A DNA stretch of 64,000 bases from Actinomycetota bacterium (GTDB lineage: Bacteria > Actinomycetota > Acidimicrobiia > IMCC26256 > DASPTH01). Location: positions 9,474 through 73,473 of the forward strand of contig JBKPCV010000046.1 of NCBI GenBank assembly GCA_046727575.1, read 5' to 3'. How positions within the stretch are numbered: the stretch's first letter is position 1; the number at the start of each line of letters is the position of its first letter. The translations under genes were made by a program, and so were the position numbers. The notes under the pieces are model-generated. The model saw nothing but the letters and a program-made list of their open reading frames with translations, was not told the origin of the DNA and made no database searches. This document shows, one piece after another, positions 45,835 through 54,379 of this stretch.

Positions 45835-47220
45835 ATGACCGAGGTCACGGTCGGCATCGACATCGGTACCTCGTCGGTGAAGGCGCTCGCCGTCGACGGC
45901 GACGGCACAGTGGTGGCGTCGGCGCGCGTGCCGCACGAGTACCGCGTCCCGGCGCCGGCGCGTCTCGAGCACGACGCAGCTGTGGCGTGGCGCGACGGGC
46001 CGCTCGCCGCGCTCGCAGCACTGCGCGTCGACGACGTGGGCGGTGTCTCGGTCTCCGCGATGGTTCCGTCGTTGACAGCCGTGGACGCAGCGGGGATGCC
46101 GTTGCTCCCCGGCCTGCTCTATGGCGATGAGCGCGGCCGTGAGGGCGCGCCCCCGAGCGCGGGCGCGACCGGTCTCGAGTTCGACGGCTTCGTCCGTTGG
46201 CTGACGAACCACGCGCGTGACGCGCGGGGTCTGTGGCCGGCCCAGGCCGTCGCCAACCACGCGCTCGCGGGCACGGCGGTGATCGATTCGACGACCGCGA
46301 TGACCACGCATCCTGTGTTCGACTTCAGCGACTGGGACGTCGACGTCGCCGCCGCGCTCGGCGCTCAGGTCGAGCAGTTCCCGGCGGTGGCGCCGACCGG
46401 CTCGGCGGCCGGCCGCGTCCATGTCGACGGCGCGGTGCTGGCGCCGGGTTGCATCGACGCGATGGCCGAGCAGCTCGTCGCCGGCGCCGAGCAGCCCGGT
46501 GACGTGCTCGTGCTCGTCGGCACGACGCTCATCGTCTGGGTCGTCGCAGAACGGTTCGCCGACGTGCCCGGCTACACGACGATCCCGCACACCGCAACGG
46601 GACTCGCGCTCGCCGGAGGGCCGAGCAACGCGGGCGGGCTGTTCTGCGACTGGGTGGGTCGGCTGCTCGGCAGCCCGCGCGACGCCGCCGCGACCGCCGA
46701 ACCCAACCGGGTGCCGGTCTGGGCGCCGTACCCGAGAGGCGAGCGCTCGCCGATCAACGATCCCGACCGGAGGGCGACGCTCGCCGACCTCGACCTCACG
46801 CACGACACCGCCTCGGTACGACGCGCCGCGTACGAAGCTTCTGGCTTCGTCGTCCGCCGGGCCATCGAGGCCGCGCGCGACGCGCTGGGCGTGTCCCCCC
46901 GCCGCATCGTCGCGTCCGGCGGCGGCGTGCGAGTCGACGCGTGGGTGCAGGCGATCGCCGACGCGAGCGCGCTTCCCGTGGAATGCGTCGCGGTTCCGGA
47001 AGGCGCGGCGCTCGGATCGGCGTGGCTGGCGCGCATGGCGGCGGGCCTCGAGGCGCCAACCGCGATGACCGAGGCGCGTCGCTGGGCGCGACGCGGTCGC
47101 ACCGTGGAACCGCGCGACGAATGGCTCGCGCCGGTGGCCGCGCGCTACGAGCGATTCCTTCGCCTGTCCGACACGGTCACGGAACCGGCGGCAGTTCCAC
47201 CACTTCGCCGGGATAGATGA
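45835..47220 (+). CDS. FGGY family carbohydrate kinase
   Basis: VGIDIGTSSVKALAVDGDG... at the N-terminus, and GGGVRVDAWVQAIADASALPV near the C-terminus. Confidence 0.8.
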   Translation: MTEVTVGIDIGTSSVKALAVDGDGTVVASARVPHEYRVPAPARLEHDAAVAWRDGPLAALAALRVDDVGGVSVSAMVPSLTAVDAAGMPLLPGLLYGDERGREGAPPSAGATGLEFDGFVRWLTNHARDARGLWPAQAVANHALAGTAVIDSTTAMTTHPVFDFSDWDVDVAAALGAQVEQFPAVAPTGSAAGRVHVDGAVLAPGCIDAMAEQLVAGAEQPGDVLVLVGTTLIVWVVAERFADVPGYTTIPHTATGLALAGGPSNAGGLFCDWVGRLLGSPRDAAATAEPNRVPVWAPYPRGERSPINDPDRRATLADLDLTHDTASVRRAAYEASGFVVRRAIEAARDALGVSPRRIVASGGGVRVDAWVQAIADASALPVECVAVPEGAALGSAWLARMAAGLEAPTAMTEARRWARRGRTVEPRDEWLAPVAARYERFLRLSDTVTEPAAVPPLRRDR

Positions 47221-47899
47221 GGTTGACGTCGCCCGACCGCAGGGTGTTCCGGTTGCGGTCGCAAACCTGGAGCCAGTAGGCAGCGATCCCGTCGTCCGTG
47301 AGGCCGGCACGCTCCTGTCCCGTCGCGCGCGCGAGCGCGGCCGCCGAGATGTCCCACAGGTTGTTGCCCGGCGCGACGACCACTGACTCGACCACCGGCG
47401 CAGCGGTCACCACCGGCGGCCCCGCGGCGTCGGAGGGCGGCGCCGGGATCGACCCGACGGGCGGCACGGTGACCGACCGTGTCGCGGCATCGCGTCCATC
47501 GCGCACGTCGAGGCTCGCGCGCGGCCCTGGATCCGCGCCGACGCGGAGAGGCGACACGAACGCACTCACGACGATCGACGCCGCGAGCGCCCGGTCGACC
47601 ACCCGTCGCACCGCGCGTGGTGTGGCGCGTTCGCAGGCGCGAATTGCTGCGGGTACACCGCTGGCCCGCGCGCACGCGTACGCCACCGTCACGACGTACA
47701 GCCACGCCGCGGACGCGAGCGCGACGACGCGCAACGCGGCCACGAGGGCGTCGCCGGGCGACGCGCGCAACCACGGGTCGAGGCGGTCGAGCGGCAGGTC
47801 GAAGGGCGGCCGGGTGCCGAGCCCGAGCACCGCCACGACGGCGACGGCCTCGGCCATCAGCAGCGCGAGCAGCGCCAAGAGACGGGAGTGTTTGCGCAT
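47177..47899 (-). CDS. membrane-anchored protein with C-terminal LysM-like domain
   Basis: I start at MRKHS. TM LLALLALLMAEAVAVVAVLGL. C-terminus VVVAPGNNLWDIS...LIYPGEVVELP. The 3' end overlaps the convergent kinase gene by 44 nt. Confidence 0.55.
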   Translation of the reverse strand: MRKHSRLLALLALLMAEAVAVVAVLGLGTRPPFDLPLDRLDPWLRASPGDALVAALRVVALASAAWLYVVTVAYACARASGVPAAIRACERATPRAVRRVVDRALAASIVVSAFVSPLRVGADPGPRASLDVRDGRDAATRSVTVPPVGSIPAPPSDAAGPPVVTAAPVVESVVVAPGNNLWDISAAALARATGQERAGLTDDGIAAYWLQVCDRNRNTLRSGDVNLIYPGEVVELPPVP

Positions 47900-48032
47900 T
47901 CCATGACGATACGTCGAAATGGGCCGAAACGGCAAGAAACCGTCCACCGCCCACCATGGGGAGGTCCGCGCACGATGTGGCGCTTGGTGCTAGCTTGCGC
48001 CCGCTTTCGAAACCAGGTAGTCGGATCTGGGG

Positions 48033-48824
48033 GTGGATGTCATGGTCGTCGCCGATGCCATCAACATCATCAGCCGAAGCGGTGGCGCGTTCGCCTCGCG
48101 TTGGGCCCACGTAGTGGTCGGCATCGTGTGGATCGGGCTCCTCTACTACTTCAACTTCGTGCAGGTGCCGGCGTTCGCCGAGATGGAAGCCGCTGCCCGC
48201 AACAACGCGATCGACAAGCTCGCGTCCCGTGCGCTCTGGTGGTTCCGATGGGCTGCAGTGGCGACCGTGGCGACGGGGATCCTGATCCTGCTCTTCCAAG
48301 GGGGCGACGGCGGCAAGATCCAACTCACCGACGGCGACTACATCAAGTCGGTGCAGGGCATGAGCATCTACACCGGCATCCTGCTCGCGCTCACGATGTT
48401 CGTGAACGTCTGGGGCGTGATCTGGCGCAACCAGAAAACAGTGATCGCCAACGCTCGCAACGTCCAGGCGGGAGGCGAAGCGGACCCGGCCGCTGCCGCT
48501 GCGGCGCGCAAGGCCGGGCTGGCGTCGCGGCAGAACACGATCTACTCGTTCGCGATGCTGATGTTCATGGTCGGCACCGCGCACTTCTTCAGCCTCACAG
48601 GCCGCTTCTTCAAGAGCGAGCCGAGCGGCGGTGAGCGCGCGACCTACTGGATCATCGCAGCGGTGATCTGGGCCGTGCTCGAGCTCAACGCCTTGGGCAT
48701 CATCGGCGGCTTCGGTCAGAACGTCACGAACTGGATGTACGAGAGCCACCGGAACGCGCTCATCGCGGGGGGCGTGCTCGTGGTGGTGTACTACTTCCTC
48801 TTCTATCTCGTGCTGAAGTCGTAA
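48033..48824 (+). CDS. polytopic membrane protein of unknown function
   Basis: About 6 hydrophobic segments. RWAHVVVGIVWIGLLYYFNF resembles, from memory only, the N-terminal membrane domain of membrane-bound urate hydroxylases. Low certainty. Confidence 0.55.
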   Translation: MDVMVVADAINIISRSGGAFASRWAHVVVGIVWIGLLYYFNFVQVPAFAEMEAAARNNAIDKLASRALWWFRWAAVATVATGILILLFQGGDGGKIQLTDGDYIKSVQGMSIYTGILLALTMFVNVWGVIWRNQKTVIANARNVQAGGEADPAAAAAARKAGLASRQNTIYSFAMLMFMVGTAHFFSLTGRFFKSEPSGGERATYWIIAAVIWAVLELNALGIIGGFGQNVTNWMYESHRNALIAGGVLVVVYYFLFYLVLKS

Positions 48825-48838
48825 GGACCCACTCGGCC

Positions 48839-49570
48839 TCAGGCGGAACCTTCGGGCTGCGTCGCGGCGTCGTGCTGCTCGAGCTTCCGGAACACGAGAC
48901 CCTGCATGCTGCGATGCTGGAGATAGTCGGTGATCGCGCGGACGTCGCGCGCGACGCGCGGTGACTCGTGGTGCAGCTCGTGTTGGAAGCGCTCGATGGC
49001 GTCGGCGCCCCACTCGGATCCCTCCCCGGCGCGGAACAGCGCGGAGGTCTGCAGCTGCATCGCCTCGATCCCGTCGGTCAGGATGCGTGCCAGCTCGATC
49101 AGCACGTCGTCGGGGACGCCGATGCTGCGCAGGTCGGCGAACGAACGCAGCACGTCGACGTCGTCGGCGTCGTACGCGGCCCTGCCGACCTCGTCGGGGC
49201 TGCGCAACAGGCCGAGCTTCTCGAGACCTCGCACGAGATCGACGGGCACGCCCGCCGCCGCGACGAGCTGCTCGTGGTCGTAGGCCGCGCCTTCGCGCCC
49301 GGCGAGCAGCGCCTCGATGGAGGGGCCCTCGTGGTCGAGGATGGCGCGGATGGCGGCGAGCGAGAAGCGACGCGCCTGCAGCGCACGGATCCGCTGGAGA
49401 CGGTCGAGGTGCCGCGCGCCGTAGAGCATCGAACGCCCCTCGCGCTCTCCGGCCGGGAGGAGGCCCTCCCGCTGGTAGTACCGGATGGTGTCGACGGCGA
49501 CCCCGGACTGCTGCGCCAGTTCGTCGATTCGCCAGGTGCCCACACCGTCTCCGTTCGGCGTCCGCCTCAC
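48839..49570 (-). CDS. MerR family transcriptional regulator with an internally duplicated MerR-like module
   Basis: WRIDELAQQSGVAVDTIRYYQREGLLP...GRSMLYGARHLDRLQRI (HTH 1), and a second similar segment EQLVAAAGVPVDLVRGLEKLGLLRSP..GRAAYDADDVDVLRSF. The protein has no Cys. The start is GTG 49570 or 49543. Confidence 0.8.
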   Translation of the reverse strand: MRRTPNGDGVGTWRIDELAQQSGVAVDTIRYYQREGLLPAGEREGRSMLYGARHLDRLQRIRALQARRFSLAAIRAILDHEGPSIEALLAGREGAAYDHEQLVAAAGVPVDLVRGLEKLGLLRSPDEVGRAAYDADDVDVLRSFADLRSIGVPDDVLIELARILTDGIEAMQLQTSALFRAGEGSEWGADAIERFQHELHHESPRVARDVRAITDYLQHRSMQGLVFRKLEQHDAATQPEGSA

Positions 49571-49625
49571 AGTATCGGCCGACCACGGGTTGCTCGTGGC
49601 AGGGCCTGCTCCCGGCCCCGCGGAT

Positions 49626-49654
49626 TTGACATCGAATACTACGGAGTAGATACT
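49626..49654 (+). promoter_or_regulatory. near-consensus promoter TTGACA-N17-GATACT with a small dyad in the spacer
   Basis: TTGACA at 49626-49631 and GATACT at 49649-49654. CTAC-gga-GTAG dyad at 49639-49649. An AT-rich patch in GC-rich DNA, divergent from the MerR gene. Confidence 0.4.
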
Positions 49655-49746
49655 CATAGCTTCAGACGCCGGATCTCCGGGCTTGGAGCAGCGGAGATTC
49701 GGACGTAGAAACGGGCGCCCGTGCCCCATGGCCGGTGAGCGCCGTA

Positions 49747-49787
49747 GCATCGACCCTTGTCCGTCCCCCCTGGACAGGGGTCGATGC
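49747..49787 (+). other. 16-bp stem hairpin with C-rich 9-nt loop in the leader of the reductase gene
   Basis: GCATCGACCCTTGTCC-GTCCCCCCT-GGACAGGGGTCGATGC, with one G-U pair. Confidence 0.45.
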
Positions 49788-49891
49788 GCGTCCGGGGGCT
49801 CGCCCGGCTTGCCTTGCCGCCGCGGGACATCGGGGCGGACGGATCCGACCCGAGCCGGGCGGGAGGGAACCCGGGAGGGAGGCAGCTGGTC

Positions 49892-51103
49892 GTGTCGCTC
49901 GGAACCGTGGCCGTGGTGGGGGCATCGCTCGCAGGGCTCCGGGCGGTCGAAACGCTCCGACGTGACGGCTTCGACGGCCGGCTCGTGCTGATCGGCGCGG
50001 AGCCGCATCTGCCCTACGACCGCCCTCCCCTGTCCAAGGAGCTGCTCGCGGGCGAGATCGAAGCCGACGACCTCGCGCTGCGGCGAGTGCCCTACGACGA
50101 GCTCGACCTCGAGCTGCGACTGGGCCGGCGCGCGGTCGGGCTCGACCTCGCCGACCGAACTGTGGAGCTCGACGACGGCGAGCGCGTCCGCTTCGACGGG
50201 CTCGTGCTTGCAACCGGCTCGGCGCCGCGAACACTCCCCGCGACACCGGATCTCGACGGCATCTTCGTGCTGCGCACGCTCGAGGACGCCCTCGCCATCC
50301 GGGCGCAGCTCGACGCTCGCCCACGCGTCGTCGTGGTGGGCGCCGGTTTCATCGGCTCCGAAGTCGCAGCGACGTGCCGGTTGCGCGGGCTCGAGGTCAC
50401 GGTCCTCGAAGCGTTGCCGGCGCCGCTCGTCCGCGGGCTGGGCACCGTCATCGGGACCGTGTGCGGCGAGCTGCACCGTGATCACGGCGTGGACCTGCGT
50501 CTCGGCGTCGGCGTTGCCGGGTTCGACGGAACGACGCACGTCGAGCGGGTCCGGCTCGACGACGGCACGTGGGTCGACGCGGACGTCGTCGTCGTGGGCG
50601 TCGGCGTCGCGCCGGTCACCGCTTGGCTCCGAGATTCGGGACTCGAGATCGGCGACGGGGTCATCTGCGACGAGACGCTGCTCGCGGCGCCCGGCGTCGT
50701 CGCCGCCGGCGACGTTGCGCGCTGGCCGAACCCTCTCTTCGGCAACGAGCTCATGCGGGTCGAGCACTGGACCAACGCGTCCGACCAGGGCGTGGCGGCG
50801 GCGCGTCGCCTGCTCGCCGGCGACGGATTGGGAGCCGAACCGTTCGCGCCGGTTCCCTTCGTCTGGTCCGACCAGTACGACCGCAAGATCCAGACCGCTG
50901 GTCAATTCACGGGCGACGACGAGATGGCGGTGGTGCACGGGTCACTCGAGGAACGCCGGTTCGTCGCCGTGTTCGGTCGCGGCGGCCGCCTAGTCGGCGT
51001 CCTCGGTTTCTCCATGCCCGCGAAGCTCATGCAGTATCGGAGGATGATCGCGGAGCAGGCGTCCTTCGACCAGGCGCTCACGCACGCGCGAGCGGCGGCC
51101 TGA
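49892..51103 (+). CDS. FAD-dependent pyridine nucleotide-disulfide oxidoreductase (ferredoxin reductase type)
   Basis: GTG start after GGGAGGGAGG. VAVVGASLAGLRAVETLR, PYDRPPLSK, and VVVVGAGFIGSEVA. Confidence 0.85.
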   Translation: MSLGTVAVVGASLAGLRAVETLRRDGFDGRLVLIGAEPHLPYDRPPLSKELLAGEIEADDLALRRVPYDELDLELRLGRRAVGLDLADRTVELDDGERVRFDGLVLATGSAPRTLPATPDLDGIFVLRTLEDALAIRAQLDARPRVVVVGAGFIGSEVAATCRLRGLEVTVLEALPAPLVRGLGTVIGTVCGELHRDHGVDLRLGVGVAGFDGTTHVERVRLDDGTWVDADVVVVGVGVAPVTAWLRDSGLEIGDGVICDETLLAAPGVVAAGDVARWPNPLFGNELMRVEHWTNASDQGVAAARRLLAGDGLGAEPFAPVPFVWSDQYDRKIQTAGQFTGDDEMAVVHGSLEERRFVAVFGRGGRLVGVLGFSMPAKLMQYRRMIAEQASFDQALTHARAAA

Positions 51104-51110
51104 CGCGCAC

Positions 51111-52250
51111 GTGACGTCGCTGCTCGTCACCAACGACTTCCCGCCCAAGGTCGGTGGGATCCAGTCGTACCTGTACGAGCTCTGGCGGCGGCTGCCGCCG
51201 ACGGAGACGACGGTCTTCACCACGAGCTACGACGGAGACACATATTGGGACGCGCACCGTCGGTTCCGGGTCGTGCGCGCGAAGGAGACGCAGTTCTTGC
51301 CGACGCGCTCGCTCGCGCGGCGGATCGACGCCCTCGCGCGCGAGAGCGAGGCTGACGTGATCTTCCTCGACCCGTGGCTGCCGCTGGGCTACCTCGGGCC
51401 GAGGCTGCGCGCGGCGCCGTACGTCGTGATCACCCACGGCGCCGAGGTCACCGTGCCCGGCCGGATCCCTCCCGCGCGGCAACTCGGCGCGCGGGTGCTC
51501 CGCGGCGCGGCCGCGGTCGTGGCCGCCAGCGCCTACTCGGCGTGGGAAGCCGTCCGGGCCGCCCGGTGTTCGCTCCCGGGCGCGGTGATTCCCCCGGGCG
51601 TCGACGTCGACCGCTTCCGGCCGATCGACCGGTCGGAGCGGACCGCGGTGCGCAAGGCGTTCGGGCTCGACCAGGACGGTCAGCTCGTGCTCGGCGTCAG
51701 CCGGCTCGTGCCACGGAAGGGCTTCGACCGATTGCTGCTGGCCGCGGCCGGCCTCGACGCGTGTGTGCACGTGGCCATCGCGGGTTCAGGGCGGTACCGG
51801 CACGCCTACGAGGCGACCATGCGCAAGCTGCGGCTCGAGCACCGCGTCCGGTTCCTCGGGCGCGTCCCCGACGCCGCGCTCGCGCCGTTGCACGCGAGCG
51901 CGGACCTCTTCGCCATGCCGTGTCGCGACCGCTGGTTCGGGCTGGAAGCAGAAGGATTCGGCATCGTGTTCCTCGAAGCGGCGGCCGCGGGTGTCCCGGT
52001 CGTCGCCGGTCGCAGTGGGGGATCGCACGAGGCAGTGATCGACGGTACGACCGGCTTCGTCGTCGACGGCAACGACGTGCACCAGATCCGTGGCGCGCTC
52101 GAGCGCCTGCTCGGCGACGCCGACCTGCGTGCTCGGATGGGCCGTGCCGCGCGCGAGCGTGCCGTGACCGAGTTCTCGTACGACGCGCTGGTGCAGCCGC
52201 TCCGGCCGATCGCGGCAGGCGACTTCTCGAGCCTCGGCGGCCTGCCGTGA
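51111..52250 (+). CDS. GT4 glycosyltransferase, PimB'-like phosphatidylinositol mannoside mannosyltransferase
   Basis: LLVTNDFPPKVGGIQSYLYEL resembles the N-terminus of mycobacterial PimB' (Rv2188c) as I recall it. EAEGFGIVFLEAAAAGVPVVAG is the GT4 E(x7)E region. Confidence 0.75.
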   Translation: MTSLLVTNDFPPKVGGIQSYLYELWRRLPPTETTVFTTSYDGDTYWDAHRRFRVVRAKETQFLPTRSLARRIDALARESEADVIFLDPWLPLGYLGPRLRAAPYVVITHGAEVTVPGRIPPARQLGARVLRGAAAVVAASAYSAWEAVRAARCSLPGAVIPPGVDVDRFRPIDRSERTAVRKAFGLDQDGQLVLGVSRLVPRKGFDRLLLAAAGLDACVHVAIAGSGRYRHAYEATMRKLRLEHRVRFLGRVPDAALAPLHASADLFAMPCRDRWFGLEAEGFGIVFLEAAAAGVPVVAGRSGGSHEAVIDGTTGFVVDGNDVHQIRGALERLLGDADLRARMGRAARERAVTEFSYDALVQPLRPIAAGDFSSLGGLP

Positions 52251-52702
52251 TCGAGCGCGCGAGCCCGCCCGGACGAAGCGTCGTGCGCGCGGGCTGGATC
52301 GCCAACGCGCTGTTCGCGATCACCGCAGTACCCGCTGCGATCTCCGGTGATGATCCCTTCGTCGCGGTCGCGATCGCCGTCGCGCTGGTGCTGTTCTTCG
52401 CCGCCATCGGCGCGTTCGCGTACGCGTTCGCTGTCGCCGTAGCACGGAGCACGCGCGGAGACAACGTGGTCGTGGCCAACCTGTTCCTTCTCCAGGGCTC
52501 CGCGCCGCGCCCGGTGCAACGCGAATTCCTGTGGATGTTCCTCGTGTGCGTCGCGATCACCGCCGGGACCGTCGTATGGGAGCCGTTCGGGGTGCTCGTA
52601 CCGATGCTCCCCGTGGGGCTCGCGGGAGTCTGGGCCGCGCGTCATGGCACTTTCCCACCACGTCCGCCGCGACCTTCGACGGCACCGCGCGGACGCGTGT
52701 GA
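52247..52702 (+). CDS. small membrane protein (hypothetical)
   Basis: GTGA overlap with the GT4 gene. About 4 hydrophobic segments. Confidence 0.5.
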   Translation: MIERASPPGRSVVRAGWIANALFAITAVPAAISGDDPFVAVAIAVALVLFFAAIGAFAYAFAVAVARSTRGDNVVVANLFLLQGSAPRPVQREFLWMFLVCVAITAGTVVWEPFGVLVPMLPVGLAGVWAARHGTFPPRPPRPSTAPRGRV

Positions 52703-52714
52703 TTGCATATCGCG

Positions 52715-53152
52715 ATGGCGGACGAGGCGCACGAGCACATCCAGGTCGACGTCGACCCCTTGGACTGCTTCGACCTCGCGACCGATTTCGAGTCCTATCC
52801 CGCATGGGCCACGGACGTCAAGGAAGCGACGGTCCTCGAGCGCGACGCGGCGGGGCGTCCTTCTCGTGTGCAGTACCGCGCCGCCGCGATCGGCCGCACC
52901 ATTCGATACGTGCTCGATTACGACTTCGAAGAGGCCCCGTGCGCATTCTCCTGGAGACTCGTGGAAGGCGACATGGTACGAGCGATCGATGGCCGGTACG
53001 CGTTCACGCCGAGCGAAACCGGAACGAAGGTCACCTACGACCTGCGCGTCGATCTCTCGATCCCCTTGCCGGGCGTGGTCAAGCGCAAGGCGGCGAGCCG
53101 CATCACCGGTGCTGCGCTCCACGACCTCAAGCGCGTCGCCGAGGCGCGCTGA
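52715..53152 (+). CDS. SRPBCC (START/polyketide cyclase-dehydrase-like) family protein
   Basis: HIQVDVDPLDCFDLATDFESYPAWATDVKEATVLERD.... The start is ATG 52715 or TTG 52703. Confidence 0.75.
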   Translation: MADEAHEHIQVDVDPLDCFDLATDFESYPAWATDVKEATVLERDAAGRPSRVQYRAAAIGRTIRYVLDYDFEEAPCAFSWRLVEGDMVRAIDGRYAFTPSETGTKVTYDLRVDLSIPLPGVVKRKAASRITGAALHDLKRVAEAR

Positions 53153-53156
53153 CACC

Positions 53157-53405
53157 ATGACCGCTCCTGACCCGACACCGCACCCCGAAGCAGTCGACTA
53201 CGACGAAGTGGGCACCGAGCAGCGGAAGCTCCCCGGTCCGTCCACACTCGAAGCCCTCGTTGCCGAGTTACTCGGCGCCGTTCCCGAGGTGCGTGACTCG
53301 CTGCTGGCGGCGGCCGACGCGTTGCTCGATGCGGCGCGCACGCTGATCGACGCCGCGGACCGTGCGTTGCGCCCGAGCGGCGGCGATTCCGAGTCTCCTC
53401 GGTGA
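53157..53405 (+). CDS. small acidic helical protein (hypothetical)
   Basis: 82 codons. ATG lies 4 nt after the SRPBCC stop, and the stop overlaps the ROK start (GTGA). No motif recognised. Confidence 0.4.
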   Translation: MTAPDPTPHPEAVDYDEVGTEQRKLPGPSTLEALVAELLGAVPEVRDSLLAAADALLDAARTLIDAADRALRPSGGDSESPR

Positions 53406-54379
53406 CCGCCGACGCGTCCGCGCCTCCGCCCACGTTCGGTGTCGACATCGGCGGCACCAACCTGCGGTGTGCCGTGGTGGACGCGCAGGGGGGCGTCATC
53501 GAGCGCCGCCGCCTGCCCACACCTGTCGAGTTCGACGACATCGTGCAAACGATCGCTTCCGAGATCGGCGAGCTCGCGTACACACACGACGACGCCGGTT
53601 CGGTGGGGATCGGCGCCGCGGGGATGGTCGACTTCGACGGCGTGATCCACTACGCGCCGAACGTGCCGGCCTTCGTGCGCGCGCCGCTGCGTGCGCGCGT
53701 CGCCGAGGCAACCGGCCGTGCGGTCGTCGTCGACAACGACGCCAACGTCGCCGCGCTCGCGGAGCTGTTGTACGGCGCGGGCCGCGGCCTCACTGACTTC
53801 TTGCTCGTGACGCTCGGCACCGGAGTGGGTGGTGGGATCGTGAGCGGGGGGAAGGTCTACCGGGGCGCGCACGGCTTCGGGGCCGAGATCGGCCACTTTC
53901 AGGTCGACCCCGACGGACCCATGTGCGTGTGCGGCGAGCGCGGCCATTGGGAAGCGCTCGCGTCGGGTCGCGCGCTCGGTGCGCTCGGGCGCGCCCGTGC
54001 GCGCGCAGGCCGAGCGCCGTCGGTGCTCGCACTCGCGAACGGTGACGCCGACGGGATCACCGGTGTCCACGTCGGTGATGCCGCGCAGTCGGGCGCGCCC
54101 GACGCGGTGGCGATCGTCCGCGACTACGCGTTCCAGGTCGCGGTCGGCCTGGCCGGGCTCGCGAACGTGCTCGATCCGGCTGTGATCATGATCTCGGGAG
54201 GTCTCGTCGAGCTCGGTGCGCTGCTGCTCGACCCGATGCGCGAGTGGTTCGAGGGACACATCGAGGGCGCGAAGCAGCGCGACGCGATCCCGATCGTGCC
54301 CGCGAAGCTCGGAGACGAGGCCGGGATCGTGGGTGCCGCCGCGCTGGCCCGGGCCGCCGACGCGCCGCACCGGCCCTGA
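53402..54379 (+). CDS. ROK family glucokinase
   Basis: FGVDIGGTNLRCAVVD, VDNDANVAALAE, GTGVGGGIV, and zinc motif HFQVDPDGPMCVCGERGHWE. Confidence 0.85.
   Translation: MTADASAPPPTFGVDIGGTNLRCAVVDAQGGVIERRRLPTPVEFDDIVQTIASEIGELAYTHDDAGSVGIGAAGMVDFDGVIHYAPNVPAFVRAPLRARVAEATGRAVVVDNDANVAALAELLYGAGRGLTDFLLVTLGTGVGGGIVSGGKVYRGAHGFGAEIGHFQVDPDGPMCVCGERGHWEALASGRALGALGRARARAGRAPSVLALANGDADGITGVHVGDAAQSGAPDAVAIVRDYAFQVAVGLAGLANVLDPAVIMISGGLVELGALLLDPMREWFEGHIEGAKQRDAIPIVPAKLGDEAGIVGAAALARAADAPHRP

Noticed and set aside
47926-48013. GAAAC pentamers (47926, 47936, 48009) as GlnR- or PhoP-type boxes
   Set aside because: The pentamers are short, no paired gTnAc a-sites are present, and the spacing is not canonical.
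49757-49891. ORF-track TTG start at 49757 for the reductase gene
   Set aside because: The FAD-binding GxGxxG fold should lie near the N-terminus. GTG 49892 follows a strong GGGAGGGAGG, and the extension lies inside the hairpin-containing leader.
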